From: Octopus sinensis
Lineage: Eukaryota
Direction of reading: 5' to 3'
NCBI RefSeq assembly: GCF_006345805.1
Contig: NC_043015.1
Coordinates: 4,650,001 to 4,714,000 of the forward strand
Length of the DNA stretch: 64,000 bases
Positions 42,429 to 56,320 of this stretch are shown one piece after another; the stretch's first letter is position 1; each line of letters opens with the position of its first letter. The position numbers and the translations under genes are program-made. The notes below the pieces were generated by a model, which had not been told where the DNA came from, did not search any database, and was given only the letters and a program-made list of their open reading frames with translations.

Positions 42429-43104
42429 AGAGAGAGTGAGAGAAGGGTTGAAGGATAATTATACACGTATATATCTATACATCAAGGAGAGGAATATGTA
42501 ACCCGTAAATACGATGGCGCATTATTCCTAAAGCCAACACATATAGGCAACGTATTAAGAAATACGAGAAAAACCACTCCATGAAAAGAGCACATTTCAA
42601 ATATTCGGAATGAATCATTCCCTCCCCCTAAATATATAGGCAAAATTTCCCCTTCAGAAATCTCATGCATTACCCTTTCCTACTTCGCGATCCATCATAT
42701 TTGGATAGGATTTCCACCCTGAACATCAGCCATTTGCATTACATGCATTTTACACACGTAATTTATGCTGAGCTCCCTATCACACAAATCTATTGACAAC
42801 ACACATATCCGTTATCAAATTAGATCTCAGATATAAAAGATATGGTCATTAGAGATATAAGAGCAAGCAAATTTGATACCATGGAGATAATAATCCAGAT
42901 ATTGTTTCCCAACATATGAATGTTTATTACAGTCAAAACCACACGTGGTTCTTTTGTTTCTGTCCTGTTCTCATCCAAGATGGAGACGACCATAAAATAT
43001 CCATACAATACATTCCAAAGTAGTTACGTTGTTAAGTGACGTATCTCTCTTAAAATTATACCAAGGTAGCCTCGTTAATTCACAACTAGAAAAAGCATTT
43101 AAGT

Positions 43105-43506
43105 GTATATATAGAGGGGTGTGTTTGTGTATACATGTATATCTATATATATATAGAGGGGTGTGTTTGTGCATACATGTATATCTATATATATAGAGGG
43201 GTGTGTTTGTGCATACATGTATATCTATATATAGAGAGGGGTGTGTTTGTGCATACATGTATATCTATATATATAGAGGAGTGTGTTTGTGCATACATGT
43301 ATATCTATATATAGAGGGGTGTGTTTGTGCATACATGTATATCTATATATATATAGAGGGGTGTGTTTGTGCATACATGCATATCTATATATAGAGAGGG
43401 GTGTGTTTGTGCATACATGTATATCTATATATATAGAGGGGTGCGTGTGTGCATACATGTATATCTATATATATAGAGGGGTGTGTTTGTGTATACATGT
43501 ATATCT
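43105..43506. repeat. Minisatellite, ~38-42-bp unit x10
   Basis: Unit (AT)nAGAGGGGTGTGTTTGTGCATACATGTATATCT; length varies only in the (AT) part. Confidence 0.95.
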
Positions 43507-44137
43507 AAAAGCCTATTTGTCTGTGTGCGTACACGCGCGCGCATTTGTGTGTAATATTTCTTTTCTATATAAGCAGTTCTGATTCATTCATTATCAAATG
43601 TTGCAAAGATATATAATTGAGGGGGATGTCTTCAATATAAAAATGTAGCTTTTATACATGGAATGTGAAATTTACATATCAGCTATGGATGTAAAGGAGA
43701 GATCTTTTTAAATGTATATATTTTTTCTACATTTCATTTTGAAACAATTCCTAAACGAGCGCTTATAACTGAACCTAACGTGTAAAATTATCCAATATCA
43801 TCCAAGATAAATGAACGGCTTGTTAATAAATATTTCGCAAAACGCAATTAGGTTTCTCGCATAAATTGTACGGGCAAAATATCGACAAATGTAAAATAAA
43901 TTCATGTTTAGTTCTATTGGCGTAAAAAAGATGAAAAGTCACGAGAAACACAAATATTGTTATAACTTTGTTAATTATATATTTAAATCAAATGATATTC
44001 GCTCATTACACATACTCGTGTTTTTGACGCATGCATCATTAAATATCGATGGCATTGCTCACATTATGTCACAGTAAATACACGCGTGTGTGTTTGTGTT
44101 CCGTTTGTTCGTGTGTCTGTTGGTGCGTGCGAGCGTG

Positions 44138-44187
<50 letters not shown>

Positions 44188-44285
44188 AATACATGCATAC
44201 ATATATACAAACATACGTGCATACACATAGATATATATATAGAGAGAGATTCGGCATTGCCGTACCAAATCTATGGTGTAGAACT

Positions 44286-44330
<45 letters not shown>

Positions 44331-47300
44331 TGTCACTGAATGGAATTCAACACTGAATGAAGAACATTTGAAACACACTCCAAAAATCATTTAATACGAT
44401 GCAGTAACGTGTGTGGCAATATTTTTGCTACATTAATTTGTATTAATGAAAACATCTCTTTTTATCAATGATTATTTTTCCTACATTTGCATCAACTCCC
44501 TTCTACTCTTACGCTCTTCTTAATCTCAATTAATTCAAGGCTTGTTTTTCAATTGCTTCTTAAATAAACTTATATATTCCACTCGTTTAAAATTGTTCTT
44601 ATTCACTCTTCAATATCTATTTATTGACTCTGCTATTAAACCTAATATTTTCTCTGTTACCTCTTTGACAACTAATGGCAATTAACAGAATGCTGGAAGG
44701 AAGTTAATGCATTAAAATACCAGATGTTTGAATTTGCTAGCTGAAAGATTCAGTTTTCCCTTATGCTAAGGATTTAGAGCAAACTAGTCATTATCAAATG
44801 TAAAGGTTTCCTTCATATTTTTTCTGGCCCTTTATATACAATGTTCTAATCCTATAAGAGAGGGAGAGTGGGTTCCCCCCTAATGATTGATAAAATTCAG
44901 TAGTAATAAAGTATTGCTTTTGATATTAACAATTGTTTTCCTCTGCCAATCCTTCATAGCTTCTATTTACAGTTCAAAAAATTATTAGAAATAAATGCAT
45001 ATTTCGTCACTTATTCTATTTACTTTACAGAGAGATAGATCTGTTTAAGAAGTATGATATATACCATTAATTTAAAGAGAAATATCATTACCATGCATTT
45101 AGATACAAAATTACGAATATCATGTTGCACATTGCCAAAAATTTGCATTAAATATTCCAGTGATTTTACATTCTACTTAGTAAGAATTCCGATCTTAAAA
45201 TAACGTTATATAAGAAGTATTGGTAAGAACATAATATTTTAGTTACATTCATGAGATTTTAGTCAGGCTGGGGTAGCGAGAAACCGTAAATAGATTTGAA
45301 ATATTATAAACAGCAAGTCGATGTTGTCGAAATTTGCTACATATATACTCAAATCTATTGTTTCAAATGAGAAGACATATACTTTGTGGTCTGTAGAGAT
45401 TCTAGTCAAAAATAAATAACTGAACCAAGAATAATAATTTTATGCATACTGTAACTTCACTACTGTCATCTTCCATGAAATTTGTCAAATACTTAAATCG
45501 ATCACGTGGATCACAATCAATATTTATTCCATTTTTATAATCTAAAATAATAGTCACTCTCATTCAGAACTGGTTAGTGTCCTAGCTCCTCCACTTTAGC
45601 ACATGATATTCCCTATTCTCTCCACTTCCCATAGTGTTTTATTATTATTTTTTTTTTTGGCATCAAGTGCATCTGAACGTGTACTAATCAGACTTTTTCA
45701 GTCCAGTATTTTTTGAATAGCGACTCACTTTAATAATTTAAATTCTCAAGTCTTTTCGCTAAATGTTAAACGTGTAAATCTTTAATCCAATCGTTAACAA
45801 GTTTAAGCCGGTAGATGTCATAAGCAGTGCTCCTTCCTTTAAGCACACATGGCTAATTTATGTTTGTGCACGTGTGTGTGTGTGTGTGTGTATGTGTGTG
45901 TGTGTGTGTTTGTGCATGTCTGAGTGTGCGGGAGTTTGTATGCATTCGGTATGGCCGTGAAAGTTAGGACATCTGAGTGTGTTTACAGATGACAAGCTTC
46001 GGCAAATTATTGTCATATTAATTTTCCATTTCAGCTGCAACTGTTTAGAATTGTGTGAAAATAGACATGTATCACACGCTATCCATCGGTAGAGACGGGT
46101 GTTTGATACGCACAAATTAAGGGTCGCTTTCATTTGTACGCCCAGTGTTAAAAATATTTTCGTGAGCATCCCAATGTAGGCTTTACTGTGCTTGCCCATT
46201 GGGAGGTTGATGCAATTCCGAGGCCATGGTCTACGACTCCGAGGTGGCGACCAGTAGTACCAGCTGTAACCACAGCAGCAACAACGGTAACAGCAAAAGT
46301 GTGTCTGGCAATAACAGAAACAACGGTAGCGATAAGAACATCAGTTTCCCAGGCACTGACAGCAGCAATAGCAGCAGCAGTGATGGTGGCAGCTACAACA
46401 GCGTCAACGGCGCGCCCGATAGTAACAACAGCACCGGTAACGATTACGGTATAAACAGCAGCAAGTGTAGTACGGCATCCCATCTGGCAGTAACATCTGC
46501 AGCAGCAGAGATTGTAGTGGCAACGATAGCAGCACCACCAACAGCTTAACGGCACTGACAGGGGGAATTTGTTAGAACTACAGTAGGAACAAGCAAGCGA
46601 GATGTTCTTTAGGATCAAAGAGAAGCGTAGCGGTACGTTCTTAGTCTTCTACGTATGACAACGAGAAGAGAGCATGCCATACACACTTAATTAGAAGCTC
46701 ATGACACAACCTGTACCATTACTTTATGGGAGCGGACGAGGTAAACTTTGCTTGGTCAAGACGGACAGGTGCTTGAAGAACTCGGTTGTTCCTTCTTGAA
46801 TTCCAAGTTCGAAATCTTTATATAGTGCTTTCTTCAGAGGAAATTCTAGTTGGAGATTATAGAATGACCTCCTTTCCAACTACCAAAGTAGAGGCATGCA
46901 TCTATTGAACAGTTTCGGACGCAGCCACAACCGCTCAAGGGGAGGTAAATTCATTTCCCCAAAAAGGAATGCTGCACGGTATAATTTAGTTTCACGGTCT
47001 CTTTTTTTCTTTTTTTCCATGGCCGTGATTGACAAGGCTATATTCGTGCCTCCTTTCGTACAAAAGTTATGTTCATCTGGGTAACAAACCTGGAGAGTCA
47101 CGAACACTGCTCTAAACTTATAGGTTGGAAACCAATCGTAGTGCCTGAACGGCTATAACCAGATAGATAGATACATGCATACATAAATTCATACATACGT
47201 ACGTACATACATGTATACATATATACATACATACGTACATGCATACATACATACATGCATTCATACATACATACACACATACATACATACATACATGCAT

Positions 47301-47863
47301 ACATGTAGAACGGCGTGAAGACTCACTTCAGATATTAATGATCATAGGTTTGCACCTAAGTCTCCCCGCAAGGCAGAAGTCCGGGTAAAGTAGCTTGTGG
47401 CAGTGGCGACCATTCAAGCGAAGTTAAATCCTTGAGTGACTTAAAATTCGAACAATATGACATGACGGTTAGGGAATGGCGTTTTTCCTGGATCAGTCGC
47501 TATTCTGCAAAATCCATCGCAATTTTATTGGTCAGAGTATTGCAATAATATGGAATTCAGTATTCAAATACGTCATCAGATATCATTCTTCCAAGATGTG
47601 CCCTAGTGTGCTTGCTCTTATATTGCAAGGGCATTTTGATCACTAATTAAATGAGGATCAAATGAGATGAGATAATAATTATAAAGTGTTCGTGAAACTA
47701 CAAAGGATATTATCTAAAAGAGAAGACCGAGAGTGATTGGTCGACGTTTAACAAGTGTAGCCCTCAAGCTTCTTTTGAGATAGGACACCGTTAATTCAAA
47801 GTTATATATCTATAGTGAACCGAGTATATACGCTTATATGTATGCATGTATGCATGTATGTGT

Positions 47864-47906
<43 letters not shown>

Positions 47907-47993
47907 TATTCGAGACAAAACCACTATTTTGCAAAACAAACAAGGAAAGACTTAATCAATACATAAAATTTTAATAAATAGTCAAAAAAACCG

Positions 47994-48036
47994 CCACTAC
48001 AATCGTTTCTTGTCTTGATCGACAATCTTCAGGTGG
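47994..48036 (-). ncRNA. Type I hammerhead ribozyme motif (left arm)
   Basis: Exact reverse complement of 48097-48139. Confidence 0.82.
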
Positions 48037-48096
48037 ACTTCCAATAATTCAGTGTCAAATTATGACTTCATAATTTGACACTGAATTATTGGAAGT

Positions 48097-48139
48097 CCAC
48101 CTGAAGATTGTCGATCAAGACAAGAAACGATTGTAGTGG
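48097..48139 (+). ncRNA. Type I hammerhead ribozyme motif (right arm)
   Basis: CCAC-CTGAAGA-TTGTC gatcaa GACAA-GAAA-C gatt G-T-A-GTGG. Full core, 5-bp stem II, 4-bp stem I, minimal stem III. CGAUUG is self-complementary with G.U pairs. Predicted cleavage after 48135. Confidence 0.82.
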
Positions 48140-49237
48140 CGGTTTTTTTTTGACTATTTATTAAAATTTTATGTATTGATTAAGTCTTTCCTTGTTTGTT
48201 TTGCAAAATAGTGGTTTTGTCTCGAATAATATTTTATAATATTTTACTATAAAATCGATTTAATCATAAATCTGATTTTTTTTCCCTGTAAATTTGGATT
48301 TATTCCCTAATATTTATTATATATATATATATATATATATGTAACATCGTATATTTGTGAAGTTATGCATATTAGTTAGTCAGTACTGTACACATTTCAC
48401 CGTGTTCAGTAGACATGCATGTGTGACATTAATTTCGAAAGATTGATACACAAAGTGTTCGATGGTTATCGTCTAGATAACATGTACATTAATTGGTTGA
48501 AGCCAATCCGATTGAATTCATATATTATACAACTTCAATGAATGTTCGAATATACACACATACACACACAAACAGACACGCATATAATATACACATATGC
48601 GTGTTTGTGTGTGTGTGCACGCGCATACATATATATCATATATATATATATATATATGTATGTGTATGAATGTATATGTATCATGCACGTATTTTAATAT
48701 GTGTGCCTTTTTTTCTGTATGTGTGTGCATGTGTACATATGCATCTGTGTATGCAAGTGTAAATGTATATTATGCAATAGGATAAGAGTTAAACAGTGAC
48801 AATAGAAGAAGATGTTGTACAAATGTAATGAAATTTCTAAATTAAGGAAACAGCTTTGTCTAATAAAGTGAAGAACAAATAAATATATGTGTATTGAATG
48901 AGAATTTCTTCCTATCTTCATTAATATTGCCACCGTTTCGTTAACCAGACATTCTTAAGCTATCATTCGTAGAACTTTACTGCCGACGGCAAAGGGTGTA
49001 ATACAACCGAATTGAAAGGAAATAAGAGAAAAGCAACTTAAAATAAATTATATGACTAATGGCCGACACAGGGGTTCACATAAAAAAAAAACGCGTAGGC
49101 AAACGCATATATATATATGCAAGTATATATGGAGTCGCGCTTATGTATAGAAATATGTATATTCGTGTGAGTATGCGTGTGTTTGTGTCTATTAACATGC
49201 ATTTATGTGTTTCTCTATCTATATGGCTATGTGTGTG

Positions 49238-49331
<94 letters not shown>

Positions 49332-49505
49332 TGTGTGTTTGTATGTATGTCTGTATGCATATATATATATGCATGTATAAATGGATGTATATAAGTTAAA
49401 GTTGTATTCACCGTTGTGTACTCGTTAAATCTTTCTTTGTTTCTCATAGGTATATGAACACATATATACATACGAATATATATGTGTGTGTGTCTGAATG
49501 TGTGT

Positions 49506-49543
<38 letters not shown>

Positions 49544-49783
49544 ATACTTGTGTATACATACACTTATGAACATACAGCAACACAACCTTAAGTACACGCA
49601 CATATAAAGTACCAAGACAAAAACATATTGGCTTGTCATCACTTAATTTGCATTAGAAATTAGATTTGACTACTAGGCTCCATCATGCTTGTACTGCGCC
49701 CGAAGACATTGGTTAACTAACCATTTAGGTAAAGGGAGAAGTATAAATACACGTACAAGCACACACACACGCCCATATGTATA

Positions 49784-49907
<124 letters not shown>

Positions 49908-50094
49908 ATACATATATAATATGCATATATATATATTATATATATATATATATTTATATTTATACAGAGACACACGTGCACGCTCGCGCACGCTGACGCA
50001 TGCACGCACATCCACACGCACAAGCATATATATATAAACACACACACATATATATATATATATATGTATATTGATAGATAAATAGATAGATAGA

Positions 50095-50260
50095 TATATG
50101 GCAGGCTTCTTTTAGTTTCCGACCACCCAATCTTCTCACATGTCTTTGGTTGGCCCTATGCCATATTAGAAGAGACTTGCTCAAGCTACCACGCAGAGGA
50201 ACAGATTCTGCAACGTGGTTGAGAAGTAAGATTTTTACGATGCAGTCACGCCGGCGCCTT
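50095..50260 (-). mobile_element. SINE family B 5' part
   Basis: GGCTTCTTTTAGTTTCCG..CCAAT..GGCCCTATGCCATATTAGAAGAGACTTGCTCAAG..CCACGCAG..AACGTGGTTGAGAAGTAAG. Confidence 0.7.
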
Positions 50261-50722
50261 TTTGCAAGCAAACGAGCTGGCCTACATCCTGGAAGAAACT
50301 GTCTAGCCGAAATGACTGTGAGGTGGAGTCATCTACTAGATACATTATTTAGACCAAATATGGCCGGCTTAAATGCTGAGGCTTAAAGCTTCAGTGAGTT
50401 TGATGCTTCTTCATTTTCTCCTTTCACTTAATTTGCTTTTCTTAGGTGATTTTTGATTTTGTCATTTGCATTTCTTCCTCTTTGTAATGCTAAAAATAGT
50501 ATTTCTGTCTATGTAGTAGATGGGGACAAGCAAAAGTTTGATCAAACTGTGTTTTTGATTCAATCATCACGCAGAGATGTATATGTGGCTATTACCGAGT
50601 GATTTTTGTGCAATGCTTTTGCAGTATATGTAATATTCAGGAACGGGCAGCTGGTAATGATGACTTGAATATATTTTAATATGTAATAAATTCAAATTAA
50701 TCAATCCACTCTTATATATATA

Positions 50723-50775
<53 letters not shown>

Positions 50776-51678
50776 GCCTGTAGATGTGAGTTTTGTCTGT
50801 GGGTGATTTTTTGTATATATCTAACAGGATGAAAATGTTCTCACGACCTCTAACATATTGCAACTTGGGGAGATCATAAGCAACAACACAAGCCTTTGAG
50901 ATTGATGAATATAACATCCATATTACCTGTAGTGAATCTTTGGTGAATTGATGTAATTATAAAGCATATAATAGAAGCAGGTGTACATGCAGTCTGTGTG
51001 CATTCTATAAAGCAATAATCAGAGATATTTTCGACTCTCAAGAAGCATGACACGTGAAGAAATTTCAAGCGGCAGTTCTTCTAAATTCTTTTCAAGCGGA
51101 TGCTATGCATTCGACAGATCTCTACTGTTACAAATCTCTAGAGGCGATTTCTCCTTGAATGATATATTAAGTTACTAATTCCATAGCAAAACCAAGATCA
51201 GACCCGAAATCAACAAGAGAAGCAACGACAAAGACAGCAATGATAATAATATTATTTATAATAATAAAGCACATAAAACCACCTACAAGAAGAGAATTTC
51301 AGGGAACGTAAACGAACACATGCTTTCCATTATGTTACACATGCCATCGTCTGGAATTTCAGTACACATGCTAAAGGATATATTGAATCTAACCGACCAG
51401 ATATCATTTAGTAGAATCATAAACAACGTTTTTGTTTGATTTTGCGCCTCCGGCTTACAAAGGTACATCTCTGAAAATGATTGAGAAACTGACTAGAATA
51501 AGCAGTGGAGCATCTTAAAACAACGATAGTGCCTTTTTTTCTTTGGACGTTGGAATGATTTGAAAAGGAGAAAACTAATATATAGAGTGCCAACATAGCG
51601 AAATTGTAAAACATAAAATGTATATACCTCATAAATTTTATTTAAGTTCTTAACCATTAAAATAGTCGAATGCATATA

Positions 51679-51709
<31 letters not shown>

Positions 51710-51924
51710 CAGTGAATATTCATAAGATCATATTTTATTTCGATTGAACGGCTTCATACTTATTTGTATCTTTACACGAACAAAATTAACGTCTTCCGTT
51801 AGGTCTTGGGTTCACGTTAAGGTTTTAAATTAGGGTTAACTCGAAGATTTCGGTAAGGGCTTTAAAGCTAAGTCAAAATTTTATCATAATAATTGTTTCG
51901 AAATTTGGCACAGGACCAGTCATT

Positions 51925-52085
51925 AGTGAGTAGATATCTGATTACGTGGAATCCGTTATTGAGCTGGTACTTATTTCATTGACTTCAAAATCCTGAAAGG
52001 CCAAGTTGAGCACTGAGGCGTTTGAGCTGAGAATGTTAAAAGCGTTTAAATGCAGCTGAGTATTGACGACGGGTGTGCTAACAGG
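51925..52085 (-). mobile_element. Decayed SINE family A-related copy
   Basis: CTGGTACTTATTTCATTGAC..GAAAGGCCAAGTTGA..TTTGAGCTGAGAATGT. Confidence 0.55.
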
Positions 52086-52342
52086 TCTTCTATGTCATCT
52101 TTGAGGTAATGAGGACAGCATTAATAACAATGATGAGGGAGAGGACAAGGTCGAAGTGGAAGAAGAGGAAAGCTATTACATAGCATTATACTATATTTAG
52201 GTATATAAATACCTCTCCCTTTCTCAAAATATCATTCAAAGTTTTAGCGATATATATGTGGGTTATAATGTATAAGCTTTTCTCTCTCTCTATCTCACTC
52301 TTTTCCTTCATATATGTGTATATACATATATATATTTATATC

Positions 52343-52524
52343 GCCATGATAGATCGTTAGCCACTATACACATTTTTCTCTCCTTGTTTTTTCTGTGTCC
52401 CTTTCTGAAGAAGAGCTTAGGATCGAAACGTAAAATACTTTTTTGTATTCCTGAGTGTTATACTAATACATCGGAATGTTTTGTACACCATCTGTCTTCG
52501 TCTTTTGTTTTTTTCGTAAACTCT

Positions 52525-52530
<6 letters not shown>
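52343..52530 (+). mobile_element. Family H element, copy 3
   Basis: Homologous to copies 1 and 2; 3' end abuts (TA)n at 52528. Confidence 0.8.
52402..52435 (+). ncRNA. Minimal type I hammerhead motif with canonical core and extra A
   Basis: TTT-CTGAAGA-A-GAGC ttag GATC-GAAA-CGT-A-AAA; one stem II mismatch. Confidence 0.6.
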
Positions 52531-52576
<46 letters not shown>

Positions 52577-53189
52577 CGAACGAATACAGGAAAAATCATA
52601 GGAAACAAATTTATATTCAAGAACATTCATAAAATATCACAATTGAGAGCAATACAAAAAAATTCAAAGAACTACGGAAGTTGATGTTATCGAAAAATTA
52701 CAAATTACAAAAGAAAAGAACCAAATACATAACCTTAAGAAAATACAATTCTACTTCGTATTAATTCCATCATCGCCATTCTATTTATTCAGTGTTCTTG
52801 ATTTCATCTCTAAATTCTCTTTCAAACTAATCATTATACGCAAAATTGAAATGTTTGTTTTCTATTTATATGTTGGCATACGCATATACGTATGTGTGCG
52901 TGTGTGTGCGCGTGTGTGTGTGTGTGTGTGTGTGTGCATATGTGAATGTCTTCATATATATTTGTGTGGAGAGAGTGTGTATGATATAGTGTGTGTGCAC
53001 CAGCGTGCGTGTGTCTATGCTTGTGCGTGTGTGTGCTTGCGTGCGCGAGGTTGCGTGTGTGTGCGTATGTGCGTGTGTGTTTGTGTGTATTTGCAAATCG
53101 TGGTTTGCTATATATCGTATCCGATAATTTATTTCCCTCTTTGCTATGTGTTTCCTTTATGGATGGTGCCGATGATGACTCTGCAGACC

Positions 53190-53640
53190 AATTCTTGCAT
53201 GAAGAAACGATGAGATTGACTGCATGGTAACAATGTTGGAAAACGTGGTTCATTTTGTCAAGACTTACTCTCTTGTCGTTTGACTTCTTCCATTTCTTCT
53301 CTGGTGGCTTTGAACCTTTTAGTTCCAACGGTTAGGGAAGACCGCCACTTTGTTAGGTTCACGGGCTTGCTTTTCAAGCGATTTATGCTCGGTTCCAGAG
53401 CCTTTCAGTGTTGCTTTGAATTGGATTTTGTATCTTCGAAGAGGGCAACCCGGTGGCTTTTTTCCTGAAGTGAGCTCACTGGATACAATTTGGGGTTGGA
53501 ACCTTAACGGCCGAATGCTTGCTACCTACCCAGAACATCGAATACGTTACACGATCGACGATTCAATACTTTGACAGTTGGCTCCCTCCAGGACCTTGAT
53601 GTAGATTACATAATGTTCCCTTTACATACTCAAGATTGAT
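53190..53640 (-). pseudogene. RTE-clade LINE 3' ORF fragment
   Basis: CQSIESSIV...QIVSSELTSGKSH..FEDT..KWRSSLTVGTKRFKATREEMEEVKRQESK, resembling the RTE C-terminus (SIE..LYxELxxGKR..W..R..WR....KR). Confidence 0.7.
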
Positions 53641-53858
53641 CGTAGCTGCTCGTCGTAGAAACTAACATCATTGCTAGTGACACAAACATGTGTGCATTTT
53701 GTCCGAAAAGACTCTATGACAACTTTTCTCGTTGCATCCACCGCAGTATAATGTTTTCTAATAGAATAAACGCGTTTAAGTGGAGATAAATATTACCTTT
53801 CAGTATCAATAATGTCACGGTCGCAATATACATACATACATACATACATACATACATG

Positions 53859-53938
<80 letters not shown>

Positions 53939-53939
53939 A

Positions 53940-54135
53940 GTTAAGGTTAATCCAAACAAGAAAACAAAAAACAAAGAAACAACAACGCAAGGACGTGGCA
54001 CAAATCAAGTATTGTTAGACGCTCAGGAAAGAAAGGAAGAAGGAGGGTATGACGTTTCGAGCGGAGCTCTTCGCCGGAAACATAGGAGAAGGAAAGATCC
54101 CGAGAAGGGAAGACAGGGAAAAAATCGCTAGTGAT
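53940..54135 (-). mobile_element. Family H-related element, copy 4 (divergent subfamily)
   Basis: Minus strand GTTT-CCGGCGA-A-GAGC tcc GCTC-GAAA-CGT-C-ATAC (54047-54081) followed by CCTGAGCGTCTAACAATAC, as in family H. 3' end in (TA)n. Confidence 0.65.
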
Positions 54136-54163
54136 ACAGACGAGGTCACACACACACACACAC

Positions 54164-54210
<47 letters not shown>

Positions 54211-54367
54211 AATTAAGCTGAACACGAAAAGGTGGACAGTCAACATGCTAGATATAGACGTCAAATCGCCATTCTCCACAAGGATTATGTTCTCAAATAA
54301 AAATAAAATTCAGCACGACCTAAAGCAATGATGAGACAAAAGAAATATACTTAAATGGAATAATTAC

Positions 54368-54427
54368 CTACGTACTGCAGTTTCAGCTATTAATATCACA
54401 AGGATATCTGTAGCTTCATCAGCGTAG
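54368..54427 (-). ncRNA. Type I hammerhead ribozyme, unit 1
   Basis: CTACG-CTGATGA-AGCTA(ca GATATC cttgt GATATT aa)TAGCT-GAAA-C TGCA G-T-A-CGTAG; predicted cut between 54373 and 54372. Confidence 0.9.
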
Positions 54428-54870
54428 TTTGTTATGAGCATAATATGCTGTACTAGGTGAAAAACGGTACCGGAGTCCCGCATGCAAAAAGTACAACCTA
54501 TTACGTTCGGATGTATCTTTCGAATGCCTCTACTTTTGGCGCGCTGATAATCGAAAAACTAGCCTGCAGCCAATAATTAGCAGCAGTCAATTTATCGGTT
54601 TGAGAACATATGTTTCATATTTAAAATAAGGGTAGAATTGATATTAGTCAATTAAAACCAGTGGTCTAGCACATTAAAAAGAATCCGAAGATTAAAATAT
54701 TATATATACCAATTAAGGACTGAACACGAAAAGGTGGACAGTCAACATGCTAGATATAGACGTCAAATCGCCATTCTCCACAAGGATTATGTTCTCAAAT
54801 AAAAATAAAATTCAGCACGACCTAAAGCAATGGATGAGACAAAAGAAATATACTTAAATGGAATAATTAC

Positions 54871-54930
54871 CTACGTACTGCAGTTTCAGCTATTAATATC
54901 ACAAGGATATCTGTAGCTTCATCAGCGTAG
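54871..54930 (-). ncRNA. Type I hammerhead ribozyme, unit 2
   Basis: Identical to unit 1; predicted cut between 54876 and 54875. Confidence 0.9.
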
Positions 54931-55379
54931 TTTGTTATGAGCATAATATGCTGTACTAGGTGAAAAACGGTACCGGAGTCCCGCATGCAAAAAGTACAAC
55001 CTATTACGTTCGGATGTATCTTTCGAATGCCTCTACTTTTGGCGCGCTGATAATCGAAAAACTAGCCTGCAGCCAATAATTAGCAGCAGTCAATTTATCG
55101 GTTTGAGACATATGTTTATTTCATATTTAAAAATTAAGGGTAGAAATTGATATTAGTCAATTAAAACCAGTGGTCTAGCACATTAAAAAGAATCCGAAGA
55201 TTAAAATATTTATATATACCATTAAGGACTGAACACGAAAAGGTGGACAGTCAACATGCTATATATAGACGTCAAATCGCCATTCTCCACAAGGATTATG
55301 TTCTCAAATAAAAATAAAATTCAGCACGACCTAAAGCAATGGATGAGACAAAAGAAATATACTTAAATGGAATAATTAC

Positions 55380-55441
55380 CTACGTACTGCAGTTTAGAGC
55401 TCTATTAATATCACAAGGAATCTGTAGCTTCATCAGCGTAG
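55380..55441 (-). ncRNA. Hammerhead, unit 3, with disrupted GAAA
   Basis: Reads TAGAGCTCTAAAC instead of TAGCTGAAAC; may be a consensus error. Confidence 0.65.
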
Positions 55442-55902
55442 TTTGTTATGAGCATAATATGCTGTACTAGGTGAAAAACGGTACCGGAGACCGCATGCAA
55501 AAAGTACAACCTATTACGTTCGGATGTATCTTCGAATGCCTCTACTTTTGGCGCGCTGATAATCGAAAAACTAGCCTGCAGCCAATATAATAGCAGCAGT
55601 CAATTTATCGGTTTGAGAACATATGTTTCATATTTAAAATTTAATTTAGAATTGATATTAGTCAATTAAAACCAGTGGTCTAGCACATTAAAAAGAATCC
55701 GAAGATTAAATATTATATATACCAATAAGGACTGAACACGAAAAGGTGGGACTAATTATTGGCTGCAGGCTAGTTTTTCGATTATCAGCGCGCCAAAGTA
55801 GAGGCATTCGAAAGATACATCCGAACGTAATAGGTTGTACTTTTTGCATGCGGGACTCCGGTACCGTTTTCACCTAGTACAGCATATTATGCTCATAACA
55901 AA

Positions 55903-55962
55903 CTACGCTGATGAAGCTACAGATATCCTTGTGATATTAATAGCTGAAACTGCAGTACGTAG
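55903..55962 (+). ncRNA. Type I hammerhead ribozyme, inverted copy
   Basis: CTACG CTGATGA AGCTA...TAGCT GAAA C TGCA G T A CGTAG; predicted cut after 55957. Confidence 0.9.
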
Positions 55963-56207
55963 GTAATATTCCATTTAAAGTATATTTCTTTTGCTCATCC
56001 ATTGCTTTAGGTCGTGCTGAATTTTATTTTTATTTGAGAACATAATCCTTGTGGAGAATGGCGATTTGACGTCTATATCTAGCATGTTGACTGTCCACCT
56101 TTTCGTGTTCAGTCCTTAATTGGTATATATAAATATTTTAATCTTCGGATTCTTTTTAATGTGCTAGACCACTGGTTTTAATTGACTAATATCAATTTCT
56201 ACCCTTA

Positions 56208-56320
<113 letters not shown>

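Larger units (their letters stand above)
47897..48315. mobile_element. Head-to-head palindromic HHR element in (TA)n
   Basis: Arms 47897-48065 and 48068-48238 are reverse complements except for one poly-A/T length (7 vs 9). 2-nt apex (CT). Right arm continues to ~48315. (TA)n on both flanks. Confidence 0.92.

Noticed and set aside
46640-47100. GC-richer block with short ORFs on both strands
   Set aside because: Could not be assigned to any TE or gene family from sequence alone.
47547-47584. Minus-strand GATAT-CTGATGA-CGTATT tg AATACT-GAATTCC-ATATT
   Set aside because: Stems I and II pair, but the GAAA, GUH and 10.1-11.1 pair are wrong. Possibly a decayed HHR, but not supportable.
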